A DNA stretch of 64,000 nucleotides from Balanoglossus misakiensis (lineage: Eukaryota; Animalia; Hemichordata): NCBI GenBank assembly GCA_040954595.2, contig CM082577.2, positions 7,093,846 to 7,157,845 of the forward strand. The letters run 5' to 3'. Below the pieces are notes generated by a model. It was not told where the DNA came from. It saw nothing but the letters and a program-made list of their open reading frames with translations, and ran no database searches. This document shows positions 1 to 15,225 of the stretch, piece after piece. Made by a program: the position numbers and the translations under genes. Each line of letters starts with the position of its first letter. Position 1 is the first letter of the stretch.

Positions 1-2413
1 AATTCCATCATATTTCTGAGCGGTGAACCGTGATATTTACTTAAAAACAAAACCGTTTTGGTTGATGGATTCCTAATAAAGGGCGGAGTGAATATTGTTT
101 CTATGAGATGTGTCGTATTATGACACTCATCAAATACAATCCGCAGCTTTCTCCGGCAAAATTAACAACATTCATTTACGGAAATGGTTGATAATGGAAC
201 GTAACCGTTATTGAAGCAATTATATTTTTTTGGGGAAAATATAAAGTAGTGGCCATTGGCATTATACCATGCATGTACTGAGGAGCTTTTTAATACATTT
301 CTAGACAATCGCTGTACCAGTTGGATGCATTATTGTATACGTGTTGCTATTATCCATGTTGTAGAAAGTAGTCCTTATTATCTGTCTTAAAATGGGCATG
401 TGACAGCCCGAGAGACAACAGTCAATCTCAAAGCAATAAAATTCGATGTCCTTGGACGTGAGCCATTGATGCTCCCAGAGAATCGCCTGTGGCATTCACA
501 ACCAGATACTCGCTGTATTTCCACGCACAGGGTGTCACCACAGTGTGTGGTATACTACCACTGGCACACACCATCAGCAGTTTCAAACTGACTTAAAAAA
601 ATAGAACACTGTTAAGATCCCAATATGTCGTCAGCTTTTAACGTGACATCGTAAAATTCTCTGGCAGTGTCTATTGTTTGTAATTATCCCTGAGGCTTTT
701 TCTAAAAAAATGGAGTGAGTGTGTGCCAAAACAACTGATTGTCGTGCAGGGGTAGTGCTTCTTGTAATCCATTATGCAATTCTGTATTTACACAGCATTT
801 ACAGTGTGTGCCATCCTTTTTGTAAGAATGTGGTTTTGCCATTGTATCTAAAAGAAACTGAGGCAGAAACAGCCACAATACTGATATGCTGTTACGTTGG
901 TGGTATCAGTATGTGGTTAAATCTGGGGCGAAATACCCTTTTCTTTATCGGCAGTACCAGCCAATAAAATCCGCATCGCCAGACAAATGTAATCCGATTT
1001 GCAAGGATGCCGCGGACAGACGCGGCATACGGTGACAATTTTCGCTTGTTTATGACTAGCCTAAAATCCCAGATTGCTGACATTTCTGCAAAGCCGTGGC
1101 TTATTTTTCACGCTTCCAGGACAACTGGAATTTTCACTACCCTAAGCTACATGTACATTCCTCTCTATTTCCCAGTATGAAAGAGCCATATGAAAGCAGA
1201 TCCGGATTTCGGCAATTCTGAACACGGAACGTTCTCCATTGTGTACGGTGGTTTAGTTGGTGTTAAGGGGTTGCAGAGAGCGGTAAAACTGATGGACTAC
1301 TCTACCACACCATGTTGTTAGGTAGAATTGATTTTGCGCCCAGCACTAGTGAACCACTCCCACTTGGTAATACATAGCTAACTTTTTAAACAATACTAGG
1401 GTTTACAAGAAATGTCCCTTTAGTTGAAGAAGAAATTCGGGAATCTGACCAATGGAGATAAGCTACCAGCGTAAGCGCATGAAAAAATGCCTGATCGAAA
1501 TTATCGGCAATGTGTAAGTCTTAGAGTATATTAAATTTTGGTGTGGAACTTTGCAATAATAGCAAATGATAACTCCATAGAACTGAGCAAGCTATCAAAG
1601 GTGTCTACATGTGCCCGTCTCAATGTCAGAGAGATAGCTGATGACAGGAACGTTCACTGCTTTACAGGTTTCAACATAATACACCAGAGCAATTTGTGCG
1701 AATACGAATTGCTTTTGCTGATGGACAAATCTTCCGAGAATCGTTGATTGTCCAGCATAATTTTTCAGGCATTATCTGCTCATTTGAAAATGAACACGAC
1801 TCAGTGAACAAGTAGAAACGCAATTAAGTGGAGAACTTGACCTCTGCTCTGTTCCATGGATTGCGGCAGTTCTCTTGGTATGAATCCTTGTGGTACCTAT
1901 AATATAAGAGTACCGGTATATATTGGAGAGTGCTGTTAGACTATAGGCACAAGTGAAATTGCCAACCTTTTGATGAAAAACAAACTAAAACATGGTAAAC
2001 AGACTGTGCTATATGGTGGAACTTAATGTATGTGTGTTTCCATGGTTTCGGTGAACTATACATGTTTATGCTCAGATTTGATGGCTTAAGCTTATACTGC
2101 CAGTAAAAGTCCGTGCTGTGAACGAACCAACATGAATGGATGTTTTTTTTGCTCTCACGTCGAGGCGACCTTGCACATTACAAGAACTGCCTCTGTGCCA
2201 TGTAAAGCTGTTCGTCCACAGCTGGACGCATTAACCTGAAGGAAAATACCAGTAGCAGTTTGGGTCTCACCAAGAAGCTTTCATCAATGTGTTTTGATAT
2301 ACCTCATATTATTTAGTATTTGAATTGGGGAATATTATGCCCTACCATTCGCTTGTCAATAATAAGAAGGTACATACAATCAATAAGTATTAGCCACACA
2401 GCAGCCATACACT

Positions 2414-2524
2414 GGGGGGAGAGAGAAAGACCGAGACGAGAGAGAGAGAGACAGAAATACATGGAGATAGGCAGAGAGATAGAGAGACACACAGAGACAC
2501 AAAGACAGAAAGAGAGAGAGAAGA
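2414..2524. repeat. Degenerate (GA)n / purine-rich microsatellite
   Basis: Runs of gagaga interrupted by aca/gac. Confidence 0.85.
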
Positions 2525-5500
2525 GCCTCACGCTCTATCTAACTCAGAAGACTGTTACAGTAAAATCTACGAAAATCTAGTCGCGTGTGAGAAAGGATCG
2601 TAAAAATCACGCGAAAGTCACTCAGCGAATTTCAAATTTACTGGTATGCTAATTAAAGTGGAGACCCTGTGTATTCAGCCAACGTACACAGCTGAATAGT
2701 AAACGTGTTTTTTCAACATGCTTGCTAGCTTTAACAGTCACTAGCTACTGGGTACAATGCTCTTTAAAGTGTTGAAATGTCGTAAAAATGACAAGATGGC
2801 ACCAGTAAATGATTGACGGCCAGCGGTATTTGTTCGGAGAAAAAAGTAATAGCCGAGATGGCGCCCATCTCCCTCACAAGAGCTGCATCATTTTCACAAA
2901 AATATCATGGTTGATTTTTTTTCTCCGCGCAAATACTTGTTGTCGGCGATATAGCGTATCTTTTCTTTGTTTGTGTGTGACGAGTTCGAATGTCTGTCGT
3001 CACTAAAAGTTTGGATGCGTAAAAACATTCTTTCCATGCAATGAAATTGATGTGACCATGTATGGGTTTGGTACACATTACCTTTCCCATTAACACGGTC
3101 CGACAGTTAATGCTTTGAAATTCACTAACAGCCTGCTTGACAAACAGTCTGTGGAGCTTCACTTGTAGTAGTAGTGATGTTAAGCCCGCACACGGCCAAG
3201 ATGTCAGAAAATTCTAGGTAAAAATAACTGTTTACAGAGATTTAAAAAAATGAGTCTACATGTACAATGTATATGAGTGTTTTTACCAACGTGGATTGAC
3301 CGTGACTCGCCCTTACACTCTTTTTCAAAACACTGCGACATCGGATCATGACAAACGTGAAATTCCCCATTTTTATGTCCTCTTGCTTTGTGTGTATATC
3401 TTCTTTCCTATTGCTTTCATTAGCGTGATCAATTCAGCGGGTGCACTCTGTTGGCAAATTAAAAAAAACAGGCAAGAAAAGGTTTTCGCTTCTATATTCA
3501 TTTACGGGAGAGCTGATGACCAGATTAGACAATAAATCATGTGGCAACTGAAGTGTTTCAATTTATCTATTCATAACGGAAATCAAGAAAAAAAACGTGA
3601 TTAGCTCGGGTTGACATTAAAAAATATCACTGATGAATCGCAAATTTCAAGAGTTTGCGCATTGGGCCGTTTCTGCGAGTGGCTGAGCTACAGGTTGAAA
3701 TTTTGCAATTTTTCAGTGATCCAAAACCGAACCCGAATCATTGGCGATTGGTTGAACAAGACAAACCTGTAAACCTCACCAAATTCCAGATTTATCGCTA
3801 GCCGTGATATGACACCTTGACCCCGGGAAAAATCTAAATTGAACTCCCGGTCAATTCACTGTGAAAAACAGACCCATCCTCTGCCATACCGTTTTGTACG
3901 ATCCCCGTACACTGCAAATGTGCTTTTGATAATAAAAGCCTATTTAAACCCATAGTTGGTTCCATTTTCGGTTGGTGTTTTATCTTTATCAAAGGAAAGC
4001 TTTACAAAGTAATAAAACGTTTAAGTCTTAACACGTTCAACATTCGTGAAGGCTTATGTATTTGCGACTCCAATGTAATGATTTGAAATTATTCGGAACA
4101 AACGAAAAATCTGTAAATTATCTACATCCGGCTCTAGCTGTGCGCAACCATTGGTGACCCCTCTCGTTACCTTTATGTGGACATACACCCTGAGCTAAAC
4201 ACCCTGTTTTACTGTGTCTCCTGTGTCAAGACCCCAACATCGACAGTCAGTGCATCAAAATCCACTGACGCTTAAATATTGACAACTTGATCTGGAAACG
4301 GGATATTCGAGATGAAAATGCATTGCCTGACCACCTTTTCTCTCGTCGGCGGGCTATTTCTTTCTGGGAAAACTTCGTTACTCGCAAAAAATAAATGCAT
4401 GCTCTCAACGCCTAGTGATTCCATCTATCATTCACCCGGCACGGTTTAGTAGTCACAAGTGTTCATTCCATCTCATTAATTATGTAATCGCATTGATGGA
4501 AAAGTAAAATGTAATGCTTTCTGCATTCTGTGTGCGAAAATTGATGACTCTGGGACTCGGAGAGTAATATATCTTAAAACTCACTGGCAATGATGAAGCA
4601 ACACAATGATGAAGGCAAATGCAGACAGGTTTTTTGTTGCTGGTAGACTAGACAACCAGCTTTCAAATTTTACACAAGGAAGAAAAAAAACGTGAAAATG
4701 AATCCCGATGCACGTGTATTCTTTGTCTCACTTATGGTCGGTATATACGATATGGTGCTTCAACAAAAACAGGACAACCATCCAAAATTAGCATAAAAAT
4801 GACAAAATATTCAAGTCAATCTGAGAAACTACATGTATAATGTACAATAAAGCGAGCTATATGACAACCAAAGGGTACATTATTTGGTGACAATGCACGC
4901 ATGCGCACCAGGATGAGCTAAAGTGTTTTGGGAGCGCGCATGTGTGGGGAAGAACGTGAGATCTGAGCGCGCGGAGAATGAGTTGACAGAAGGGATAATA
5001 TTAAACATTGTGTTTCTAAAAGTGCACTGTGGTATTAGCTATGCGTATGTTTACACATCTTTAACCACAACAAAAAACCAGCTGCATGCTCGTAAAACTG
5101 CAACCGAACGCACGCAAAAGTGTGTTAAAAGTCCAAAGAATCGTCTTACCTCTGATGATTATCCAATGACCTTCCTAAAAAGGTCCCCTTACCGTGCACT
5201 TCACAAGTTGTTTAACCGCACACTTCAGACCTTGTCGTCATATCTCCATCAAAAGCAATGATTGTTCAAGTGGTGATTGGATATATTTACTTCAAATTTC
5301 CCAAACATCTCCATTACTCTGGATTCTTCCTACCGAGATAAGATGGCGTCTAAAACTATTAACTTAGTTCAAATTGGCGAGGTTTGAAAGTGAAATGCAT
5401 GTTTCCGCTCGTATTCAGTCTTTGGTGGCACACATAACCACCATAAAAGACCCCAAAATATCACCTGCAGTACTAGTATTACAGGATTCTTGGGGAAACA

Positions 5501-8500
5501 TGTTAAATTCATTGCGTAGCCACAGTCTGTACATCCCCCCAGACAGCTAAGGTAAATATTTAAAATCAATAGCACCAGAAACTTAGGCGTGTCATTAAAA
5601 ACGCAGTCCTAGCTTCGGGGACCAGCCACAGATCACAATCATGCATTATGCAGCCAAAGTGAAAATATTGCAGAAAATCACGCTTAGACATAAAGGTCAA
5701 TGTCCTCTTCATTAGCAAGATTTACTAAAATTTCCCAGAGGGAATGAAGTGGCCTTTAGATCTGGACCATGCATACATGCACATGCGCCTCGAAGACGCC
5801 TGAGTTTGTTCATGTGACATTTTTACTATGCTTTCTCGCTTATTAAGCATTCGTGATCAGCCAAGTTTTTTTATGGCGAGACGAAACAAAATATATCCAG
5901 ACGAAATGAAATCTATCGAATGCTTACAGTGGGATATGAGTGGGTGGGGAAAGAAATAATTTCATACAATGCATTTCATTAAAAAAACTTCGCCGTAAGA
6001 TAAAACTTTCGCAATTCTTTCCGATGTGGAGTGTGGAATTACAGTGATAATACGAGCTCGACGTGTCTCCCCCAGAATTCATTTCTCCGCAGCGTGGCTC
6101 GCCAGTGCGGACCACTTTCATCTGAAAATTAATATCGATTTCCCGAAGACGTGTATTTGAGGAATGTACAGCGAAGAATAGAGCGGCGGTACTTTCTCTT
6201 TGAAAAGAATGCCTCACTGCCGTTCCATGTCTGATGGTACATGTACATTCCTGGTGCGTGTTGATTTGCAAATGGTTTGTAAAGTGTCCTGTTCTACAAG
6301 ACAGCGAATCAAGATACGGGCGCTATCAGTGATACAGTTTATCTTTACGCGTATATAATATGCACACTCTACTGTTAACAGTTCTAAAATAGAGTCTCCA
6401 CTCTCCTCAAACCGTAAAACCTAAGAAAGTCGTGCTTTTTAGAAAAAGCACTGCAAAATATTTGGGGAGCACTTGAATCACCACTTTTCGAAGAACGGCA
6501 CCCTAAACACAGATGCATAGACAGACTACAGTGGGTGCAGAATTTGACTTTGCAAATGACATCACCTTGTATAACTGAAAGGAAACATAAAGGTTACTTG
6601 GATGTTTTACCAGTTACCAATATCATTTTATATTGTTTCTGTTAAACATGCACGACACCGTATTTTTTTTACCACTGAATAAAATCATATTTCTAACAGC
6701 CTTGGTATTTTGGTGCCATTTCGTCAACCAACTAAGACCGCGATTTCAGGCGATTTTGCTAAGCATTATCGGCTATTGCTGCTTTAGCCATCCATTAGCA
6801 AGGATTTCTGTACTACAGTAAACCTAAGTCCTTAATTAACTTCAACTGAGGCAACCTGAGACAGACAGAATCACAGTGATTTTAGGTAAGCTTACTAGTT
6901 TTGCGTGGATTAGTTTTATAAGGCGATTTTTAAGGAAACGGCTAACACCCAACCGTGTGAACATCATAGCGGAAAAGTTGTCAAGTGTTGACATCTGTCT
7001 GTGGTAAGACTTCAAGAATTTCGCTCGACCCGTTTCTTATCACCCGTGCTCATCATTAAAGGGAGTTATCGCGGGCGACACGTCGATATAGTGAAAAATG
7101 AACACATTTAAACCCATAAAATGCACAGTGTGACGATAAATCTATGCGTGTCATGATCAGTATTTGCTTGCCCAGTCGTGTAAATGGTTTTACTGTGCAG
7201 CGATGTACGCTTCAATCATTGGGATGAAAGCAATTAAATTTGCGTTTTTGGGACATTAGCGGCATTGATCACACAAAATAAACATGGAAAACCCCAGAGC
7301 ACTAATCATTTAATCTGGAATGAATGTTAAACTCACGGCGACCACCTCTACCGCCACCACCACCAACGGAAACGTCCAGTCTCAGATCGCGATAAACAAA
7401 ACAACAATGTATCATCACGTGCCAGCTGGTAGCATCTAAAACTTTGAAGTAAAAAGTACGTTTTCCAATAAAAGGTATTTTATTTAATAAAAGAATAATT
7501 GACGAGGAAAGTAATCATAAAAGAGGAAAACATTAGTCAGAACCATGTTATTTAAGTTTTATAAGTAGACATAGTGAACGTGCAATTTTGGTTTAAATGT
7601 TTATTAACATGCTGCATTGGCTCGCCGTCTCAATTCAAAATGAATTTTTTATTAATACATTGGTGAAATGCGTTAAAGAGCCATTACCCCAGTCGCACTG
7701 GTTCGCTAATAATAATTCACGGCCTCATTTACATGGTATCACCAGCCATAACGAAACCGAATCATGAATTTGATAAGGCCACCATCTTTGTGATTTCTCT
7801 ATCAACTCAAGAAAAAAATTAATTATTGAAGAGGCGACATTGTCACTTTCGGAAAATTAAAATGGGATATGTAGTTTATTACTGCAAAGTTGTTATCAGT
7901 ACAGCAGACATGGAAGCTCCTTTGTGGCTTGAATTACGCAAATAGCTTTCGAATATTAAAGTTTGCCGCGATGAAAGGTACTGCCTCACTTCGCGGAACA
8001 CGCCATGCCAGATATTAACGAGGGCAATCTGCGCGCAAAAAAGTGTCCGTAAAGCATTTACCCGCGTTCAGACTACAATTGAGTGAGCCTGGGAACGCGG
8101 TGAATTTGCATGATGCAGTATCTCGGGTACCCGATCTTGATTACTGCATCGCTGCTGCTTTTGTTGTAGGTGCATGCTGCTACGGTATGCAGTGTCAATC
8201 AGTCGCGATGCATTGATGACGTGCCGCCCGATGGTATTCAGGCAAACGTTAAAGGTGTGCTGCCGTATCGTACGATATCTGCTGGTTTCCCCTAAACCCT
8301 CTTAATCAATGTCAGGTCGTAAAGACGAGGAAAAGCAGCGCATTGAATCAAAACATAATGGCGATCAACCATCATTTTATGGCAGTCACGCTTTACAAGA
8401 ACATTACAACTGCGTCGCTCTATTCAGATAGCACACCTCCGCCTCTATGCCGGGAAATTAATCGCGTGTCAAGTGTAAATCCCCTCTAAAATTTTAATAA

Positions 8501-9685
8501 ATGAATTACGATAAAGGAAAATGTTTTATTTGCCATCCAGGTGAATATAAATGGTTCGCTCTGGCGAGATTACAGCCTTGTTTTCTTTTAATAGCGAGGT
8601 CCGTTGATATGCTTGATGCTTTTAGGCAGTTCTATACAGCCAGTGGCCTCATTGTATTGGGGCAGGTATAGATGTAACCTCCTGTGTAGCAACATTTTTG
8701 GAGAATTAGTTTAACGTATAGGGTGAGAGAGAGTAAGCCAGTGTACTAATGGAACATTTTGCCTGCAGAATGTTTTATCATTTCCGATGTCTTTATTTCC
8801 TCTTATGTATTCTTTTTCATTGGACGCGTAGCTCCCGGTATCAAAACATCCCCTGCACAGACGACACTTTGATGGAGTGAGAGATGCGCTGGCTTATCTT
8901 GCCATCTGAATGAGAAAACAGATAACAACCTCAACATTGCAAAATGTGAAACGGCAGAAAGTACAATGTAAATCGTTAGTACAGCTGTAGTGGCATTACT
9001 TTGCTTGGCTGTCATGTTAGGAGCTGTCAACCTATACTCTGAAGTCTAAACACGCCGAGGGGAAAACATGCATTTTCCCCGTTTTGTAATGTACCTTTGA
9101 TTGCCCTGCATATAAAACCAAAAATCGTTGTAAAATGACACGTCTGTTCCCGGTGTTTGAGCTGTAAAAAGTGGCTGACGTACATGTTGATGCGGAGCCA
9201 ATATTTTATTCCCCCACGCTGTGAGATCTGATAAATTAACTATAAAATGTCTGGGCGGTATGTGAGACCCAGGGCAATACTGACATCTCCCGAAGCAAAC
9301 AATAGACGCATGAAACATGATAATGTTTAATAATGATAAAGACGACCATTTCCATCTTCGTCATCCAGACAATCCGGTTTCTTTTTCCTCCTTGTCGTCA
9401 GTGTGCTCCATGTGTGACTGACCTATACAATTGCGAAACCATGCCCCTTTTAAAACCAGATTTGGTACATGCGAGTCACTGTTGTAGGTCATTAATTACA
9501 GAATATGAAAATGATTTTGTAGCGTGTCACCAGGCAATCAGTTAGCATGTTTTTGTGTTTGATACTTCACGTATTTTGCCACCTCAATCAATTAGAGTAG
9601 CCATCATTGATTATTTATTTTCATTTTCTATTAATGTTTAAAATCATTGTTTCTTCGATTGACTGATCATCATTTTCAGGTTAAT

Positions 9686-9770
9686 GAAACAAACAACCAA
9701 AGAAACGGCAAACAACCAATTGGACGGACGGGCAAACATACAAACCAACAAACAAACACGCACAACACAA
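9686..9770. repeat. Degenerate (CAAA)/(GGAC) tetranucleotide tract
   Basis: aaacaaacaaccaa..ggacggacg..caaacaaaca. Confidence 0.6.
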
Positions 9771-12700
9771 GTTCAGTACTTTGAGATTATACCTATGGAA
9801 TAAGTAAAGGTCATTTATTAATTGAGAGCCACAAAGTAGACTTGCCTCCGAGGTATCGATACCGATTTTCATTCACATCTCATGTACACATGTATCCATG
9901 ACATTTTTGAATGTTTGCCTCCATTCAAATGTAAAGGCATTGTGTTCAAATAGCAAGTTTTTTTGCAACTGTAAAACGAACGTTTTGGAAGAACTACTCC
10001 ATCTGATGTATTTGGCAAGCATGTGGTCGCTTCCATTTCTGTCAACTGAACTTGCAACATGCAACATGGCGTGGCTGATGAGTTTCAATTTGTTGTTCAC
10101 ACTGATAATAACTGCGACCAACCACAGCGCGATTTTAGATAATAGTGCTCAATCAATCCGGGGTGTGAAACGACACACAGAGAAAACCATCCTTATTCCG
10201 CGAATACCTGCCATTGGTACTGGTGTTACTGAACGATTGGTGAAGTGGTGTGATTCCTGTTGAGACCCCCAATAATGTATGTTCACGTTTCTGGATGCTG
10301 ATAACGTCAAATCTTCAAAGTTCAAAGTCTATTCAAAGGAACGACGCTATTACTGAAAATGATGCCGCATGCAGATATTGTCTTGTGAAAAGCAGGAATT
10401 TCGCTCGCATCGAGTGGACGGAAGATGGTGAATTCTATAGGTAATTTTATAGCGTTTACCCCAATCACTGACTCAGCGTATACCCGGGCATGCGTGGAGT
10501 AAGAGGGATTAGGGCCAATTTACCGTCTCTTATCTGGGCGTGAGATCATTAATTCCGGTTAACTCGACTGAAGCCGCTTTTCATTTTAGCAGGGTACGAG
10601 GACAGGTCGTTCGCTCAGCGAACGGTCGATAACGTAAACAGGAAGCTATTTGTACATCTCAATTTATGATTGGTCACATTCTTTTCCATTAAGAAACCGC
10701 TGACCCTTATATGTGGCTGTTAAACGTGGTTGAGAATAAACAGGCATGAATATGAAAACAGGGTAGCGCGGGAGTTAAATGTGACATCACCACCGCCACC
10801 AATAACAACAACAGATGGAGACTTGAGTAAATGCAACAGGGTGTTGTAATTTGTGACCAATTTGTCCTATGTTGACTTCTTATAATCTTCATCGGTATGG
10901 AAATTTGCATAATTCTTGTTAGAGATGTGTTTTTCAGCATAACCGTGAGCAGAAGTAAACTAAGAAGTGAAATGCATTGTGTTGTTATCATGTACATTGT
11001 GTCCTTGGCTTCGGCACGTAAGCCCTGCTGGATGCTTAAGAATCACAGTGGCAAACTGACGGTGCGATTTCACATGTACACTGGCTGCGCATGTGTATTG
11101 AAGATGCACAAACAGTTTTGAAAGTCTTGTGAAATGATTTTCCAAATTTACTCTTCGTGTCCAAGAAGACTCGTGGAGTTAAATTTCCATCCCAATCCAA
11201 CAAGAAGATGAAATTGCGTTTTAAGCTTGTGCATACAAAACATGAAATTAATGCACTATGGTAAATTATATCATTCCATTAAATGTGATCCTTTCCCCCC
11301 TAAATCACAGCGGCTTAGGATTCTGGAGCACATATGAATCCATCAGTTTAGTTGGATATCAAGAAATGGATTCGCAAAGCCATATGAGAACTGTTTGTAA
11401 ATCTTTTTAATGATTTCGCTCGAGTACAGTCAAACAGTGTCCACTCTTGTGAGAGCAAACTTCGGTGATGCGAACATGTTCTGCGAAAAAGCAGAAGCAG
11501 CATGCAACTGGAATGCTAAGACAGGTGTATGTGTCCTAAAACATTTCAAATGTGAACCAGTTCTGAGGAAACCATCCTCAGTTTTTTTCTGTCACTATTC
11601 CCTTGCCAAGCCTTCCTGAAATGAATTATTCACTTGAGTGGTATTACTTGAAGCGGGATGGTGGATTATAGATAAAATAACTACCGAGGCTGGATTGAGC
11701 GTTACATATATTTGCACTTATGAAACCAACATTACTTACCTGATGTAACAATCATTTTAGTAACCTTGTCCAGAAAGCTCAAAAAATGTTCCAGTGTGCA
11801 CATGTGACAATCTCTCTCTCCCCCCCCCTCTCTCTCAATATATATGCATGGCACGTCCATGAATAGACCTTGTAGAATACATCCATCTTGTGCACACCAT
11901 TAATGCAAAAGTAATAAAAATACTCGGTTGTACTACAGCCCACAATAGATGAAATTTGTTGAAACGCGTAGTTAATTTCCAGGCTTGTCTGATGAAAGGG
12001 AACAGAGAACAAGACCCCTGTTCACCCAGATTTAATCCACTGCACTGGCATTTATTTCTTGTGATTCGCAACCATGTTGTCAGATTGCGTATCACGAGTG
12101 GCTGCCAAGCTGACTATTATTATTACTGACCTTTACACATTTCACTTCACTCTTCTGCTGAAATAAGAGCGAGGAACTGGGCTCTGATTGCCAGAGAACA
12201 TTCTCAATCCTTTTGCCGTATTTTGGCGCGAAGTGTTGTGTGTTTCTATAATTAAAAACTCTGTGCGTGTAAGGGCAATTTGCCCGTAAACGACCACACT
12301 TCCTGGATCACAGTAGGAACGGAAAGTGTTCGGCTCTGTTGGGCGGGAAAGTCACACACACACTGCGACTCTCTGATTAATTGCTGGCTTTTTAAACGAA
12401 CACTACGACAACGCGCTAAGCTGGGGCAGTGAAGCACAGGAAATTGCCCATGTTTTCCACCCGCTGTACATTTGTACACAACCCTCTGTACACACAGAAT
12501 TATCACCATGGCTGGCCAGAGCTATTCCCAAGCTGTTTCCCCTTATGTATCAGCTAATTCTGAAGATAAAGCATCGGGCACATGTTACCGGCATTGCGAG
12601 GCCGACAGCGTAAACGACATGATCAATTGTCGCCACCCCGAGATTCAGGCTTGACTAAACAAAAGTAACGACGGAATTGCTAAGTCCCGCCCTCGCCAGG

Positions 12701-15200
12701 GAATTGGCGTTCCGGGTAAAATCGATGCCGTTCTCCAATCTATGCAACTCGTGACCGAAGGCATCATGTGTTACGAACCCTGCAGAATAGTCAGACGTCG
12801 TGATGTGCATTCCTAACGGATCCATCCATTGACGCCTGCCTTGCTTACCATGATGGGTGTCGAACAGTTTTTTGATGGTCATCTCTAAGTCAAGTGATGA
12901 TACGTTGATTATAGATTTATACACTAAGCATGCACGAGGTTGCGTTTTCAAGACGATTTAACATAAACCGCTTGTCTTTCCGCGATCTTAATAGAGTAGT
13001 ATATGTCACCTATGACCCCAGATACATAATGTCATCACTAGTGAAGTTTCAACACCCATGTAATGTACACACAATTTAAAACGTCAACACTTCGGCTTGT
13101 TTCCAGTATCAATAAAGCAATCGGGCAAACATCTAGAAACGTGTAATTCGCAAGCAATTGTATACAATCACGCTTTTGGTAATAAAGCTATTTCAAGGCG
13201 CCACGTGATTGAGGCGGTTGGACTTCTTCATCTGACTATAAGTTCTGGGAACCCTAGTCAGCGTACAAACAAAGATAAAAAACCTGTGTAGTCTAAAATA
13301 ATTGTTTGGCGTTTGTACCCCCTGTCAGCATTGGTTAAAAATATATCATGGTAAATTACACTGCATGTGTCATAAGAACGGATTTTCGCAAGAAAAAGCA
13401 GAATCTTAATAACATGAGGATTCTGTAACATTCTTATGCAAATTTCGCATGAGTGCGATCTTTGCTATTCCAAGTGTGATATTGAGTTGTGTATATGTAT
13501 ACTTAGTAGTTCAAAATCAGATTATATAAATTCCTGAAGTAAAGCTAGCCATAAAATGACAGCGCATTTCTCTGACTTTTCCTAACGAGTTAAAAAAACG
13601 TCGTTATATAGTAGTATTCTAAGTGGCCAAGCTCCATCACATTTAAACTCTGCAGAACGACATAACAATGTTTTTTCAACCTCTGCACCAAGCGTGGCCA
13701 CTTCAATATGTGAAAAGCATTGCCTGTCAGGACTAGAGATGGTAATTCCATTATTAGATTTCAGATCTGCCACATCGCGAACCAACAAGGAGTTGGGTGA
13801 TTACACTTCTTGCGAGGTGGTCGTGACCCGCCCTCCTCCAGATTCCCGGATAATGAAGAAATGGGTAGATGAAATAAGAAGTCCCCAGCTTTTATGACCC
13901 TTTTTATAGCTAATACAGAAATTGAATTTGTTTCCACGCAACCGAATATTGACGAATGTAGCTTTTGTTAAAGTGAATCAAAAGAGATATTAAGTGCATG
14001 CACTTTTATTTCCGTCATGTCGAGGAACGGTTGGGAAAAACATCTTTAACTTGACGTGCGTCGTCCTGCCCAGGCTGTCGGAGTGTTAACAAGTTTCCAG
14101 CGCATTGCTTAACGTGATAAGACAATGTGGCGGGCCACGACCCCAGCGAGATGGAATTCCCTAGCTCTTTGATAAAATGCAAACATGCACGGTGCCCAGC
14201 CAGAGACTGATTGATAACAGTGTTTGCACCTTTTCCTGAATAAAACCGCCAGGAGACCGTGATCAGGGTCTTTGTACAAGAAATGCAACCGGATCGAGTG
14301 GCAAAGGCTACCAACAAACCACTATTGTAGAGGGACGTTTGTCTGACGTTTGTCTGTGGGCTGCCGTATCGGTGTTTATGATCACCAAAGTCTTATTTTT
14401 TGCGTAGGTGGCTTAGGCCTCTCAGTCTAACGTAATAACATCGCTTGAAAAACACGTTGTTTCCTCTTGAGCATAATCTACACACAGCCCGCCATATGGT
14501 GTCTTCTGGATACAGACGAAACTGTTGATCTTCGTTTTATAATCTGTTTTGGAAAGAAGAAAAAAACATAGCTTGTTTTCAGATCCCAGTGAAAATATTA
14601 TGTCACTGTCTCTGTCGTTAGAGCGGACGATATGTCATCGAGACGTGTAGACGCTACTGGCATACTGAAGCGTTTCAACGTCGCATCGGAATGTGACCTT
14701 TAATCAATGCGTGAATCTTCTTTCATTCCACATGGGCGTTGTCCAAATGTGAGCGTGTTTTTCTCAGAAAATGGCGTAAATCCAGTAGGGATGTGCGGCT
14801 ATTACTATGCTGGGGGGAATGTTCATTATAGCACGCCGACCGCTTTTGTGTAGATCGATAAGGAAATCGATAACCGGTTTTGCACATTAAAATACTACCT
14901 GTGTACTACACATTCAATATACGGAAGAGATCACCCCCAAGGTTTTGATACTCGCGTCGATAAAGGAGTAAATGATGCTACCGGGGAGGATTGCCGACTC
15001 GTATCTTGTAGATGAATATAGTTGATATGTGATCGGCTTGTTGACATGCACGCACATACAGAGATACATGCACATTTGTCACACCCTGTGGACCTGAAGG
15101 CTGTTTGTGTGGGATGCATGATAGTCATTCTGTTACGCTGGTCGAACTGCCCCATTAAATCTCATGTGATATAATTTAAAAAAAAAAAGATATCACATTA

Positions 15201-15225
15201 TAAGGTAGCATGCAGGGACGGATAA
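15201..15225 (+). repeat. Isolated terminal fragment resembling the TIR of the same MITE-like family
   Basis: TAAGGTAGCATG contains the reverse complement of the copy-B right end (CATGCTACCTT) and is followed by GGGAC.GATA, like the left end. Confidence 0.35.

Noticed and set aside
400-600. Possible LINE 3' end (..TISSFK..)
   Set aside because: The similarity is too short and weak to support.
1245-1400. A-box-like TGGTTTAGTTGG suggesting a tRNA or tRNA-derived SINE
   Set aside because: There is no B-box at the right spacing and no cloverleaf. A B-box-like GTTCAATTC on the minus strand near 37430 likewise lacks an A-box.
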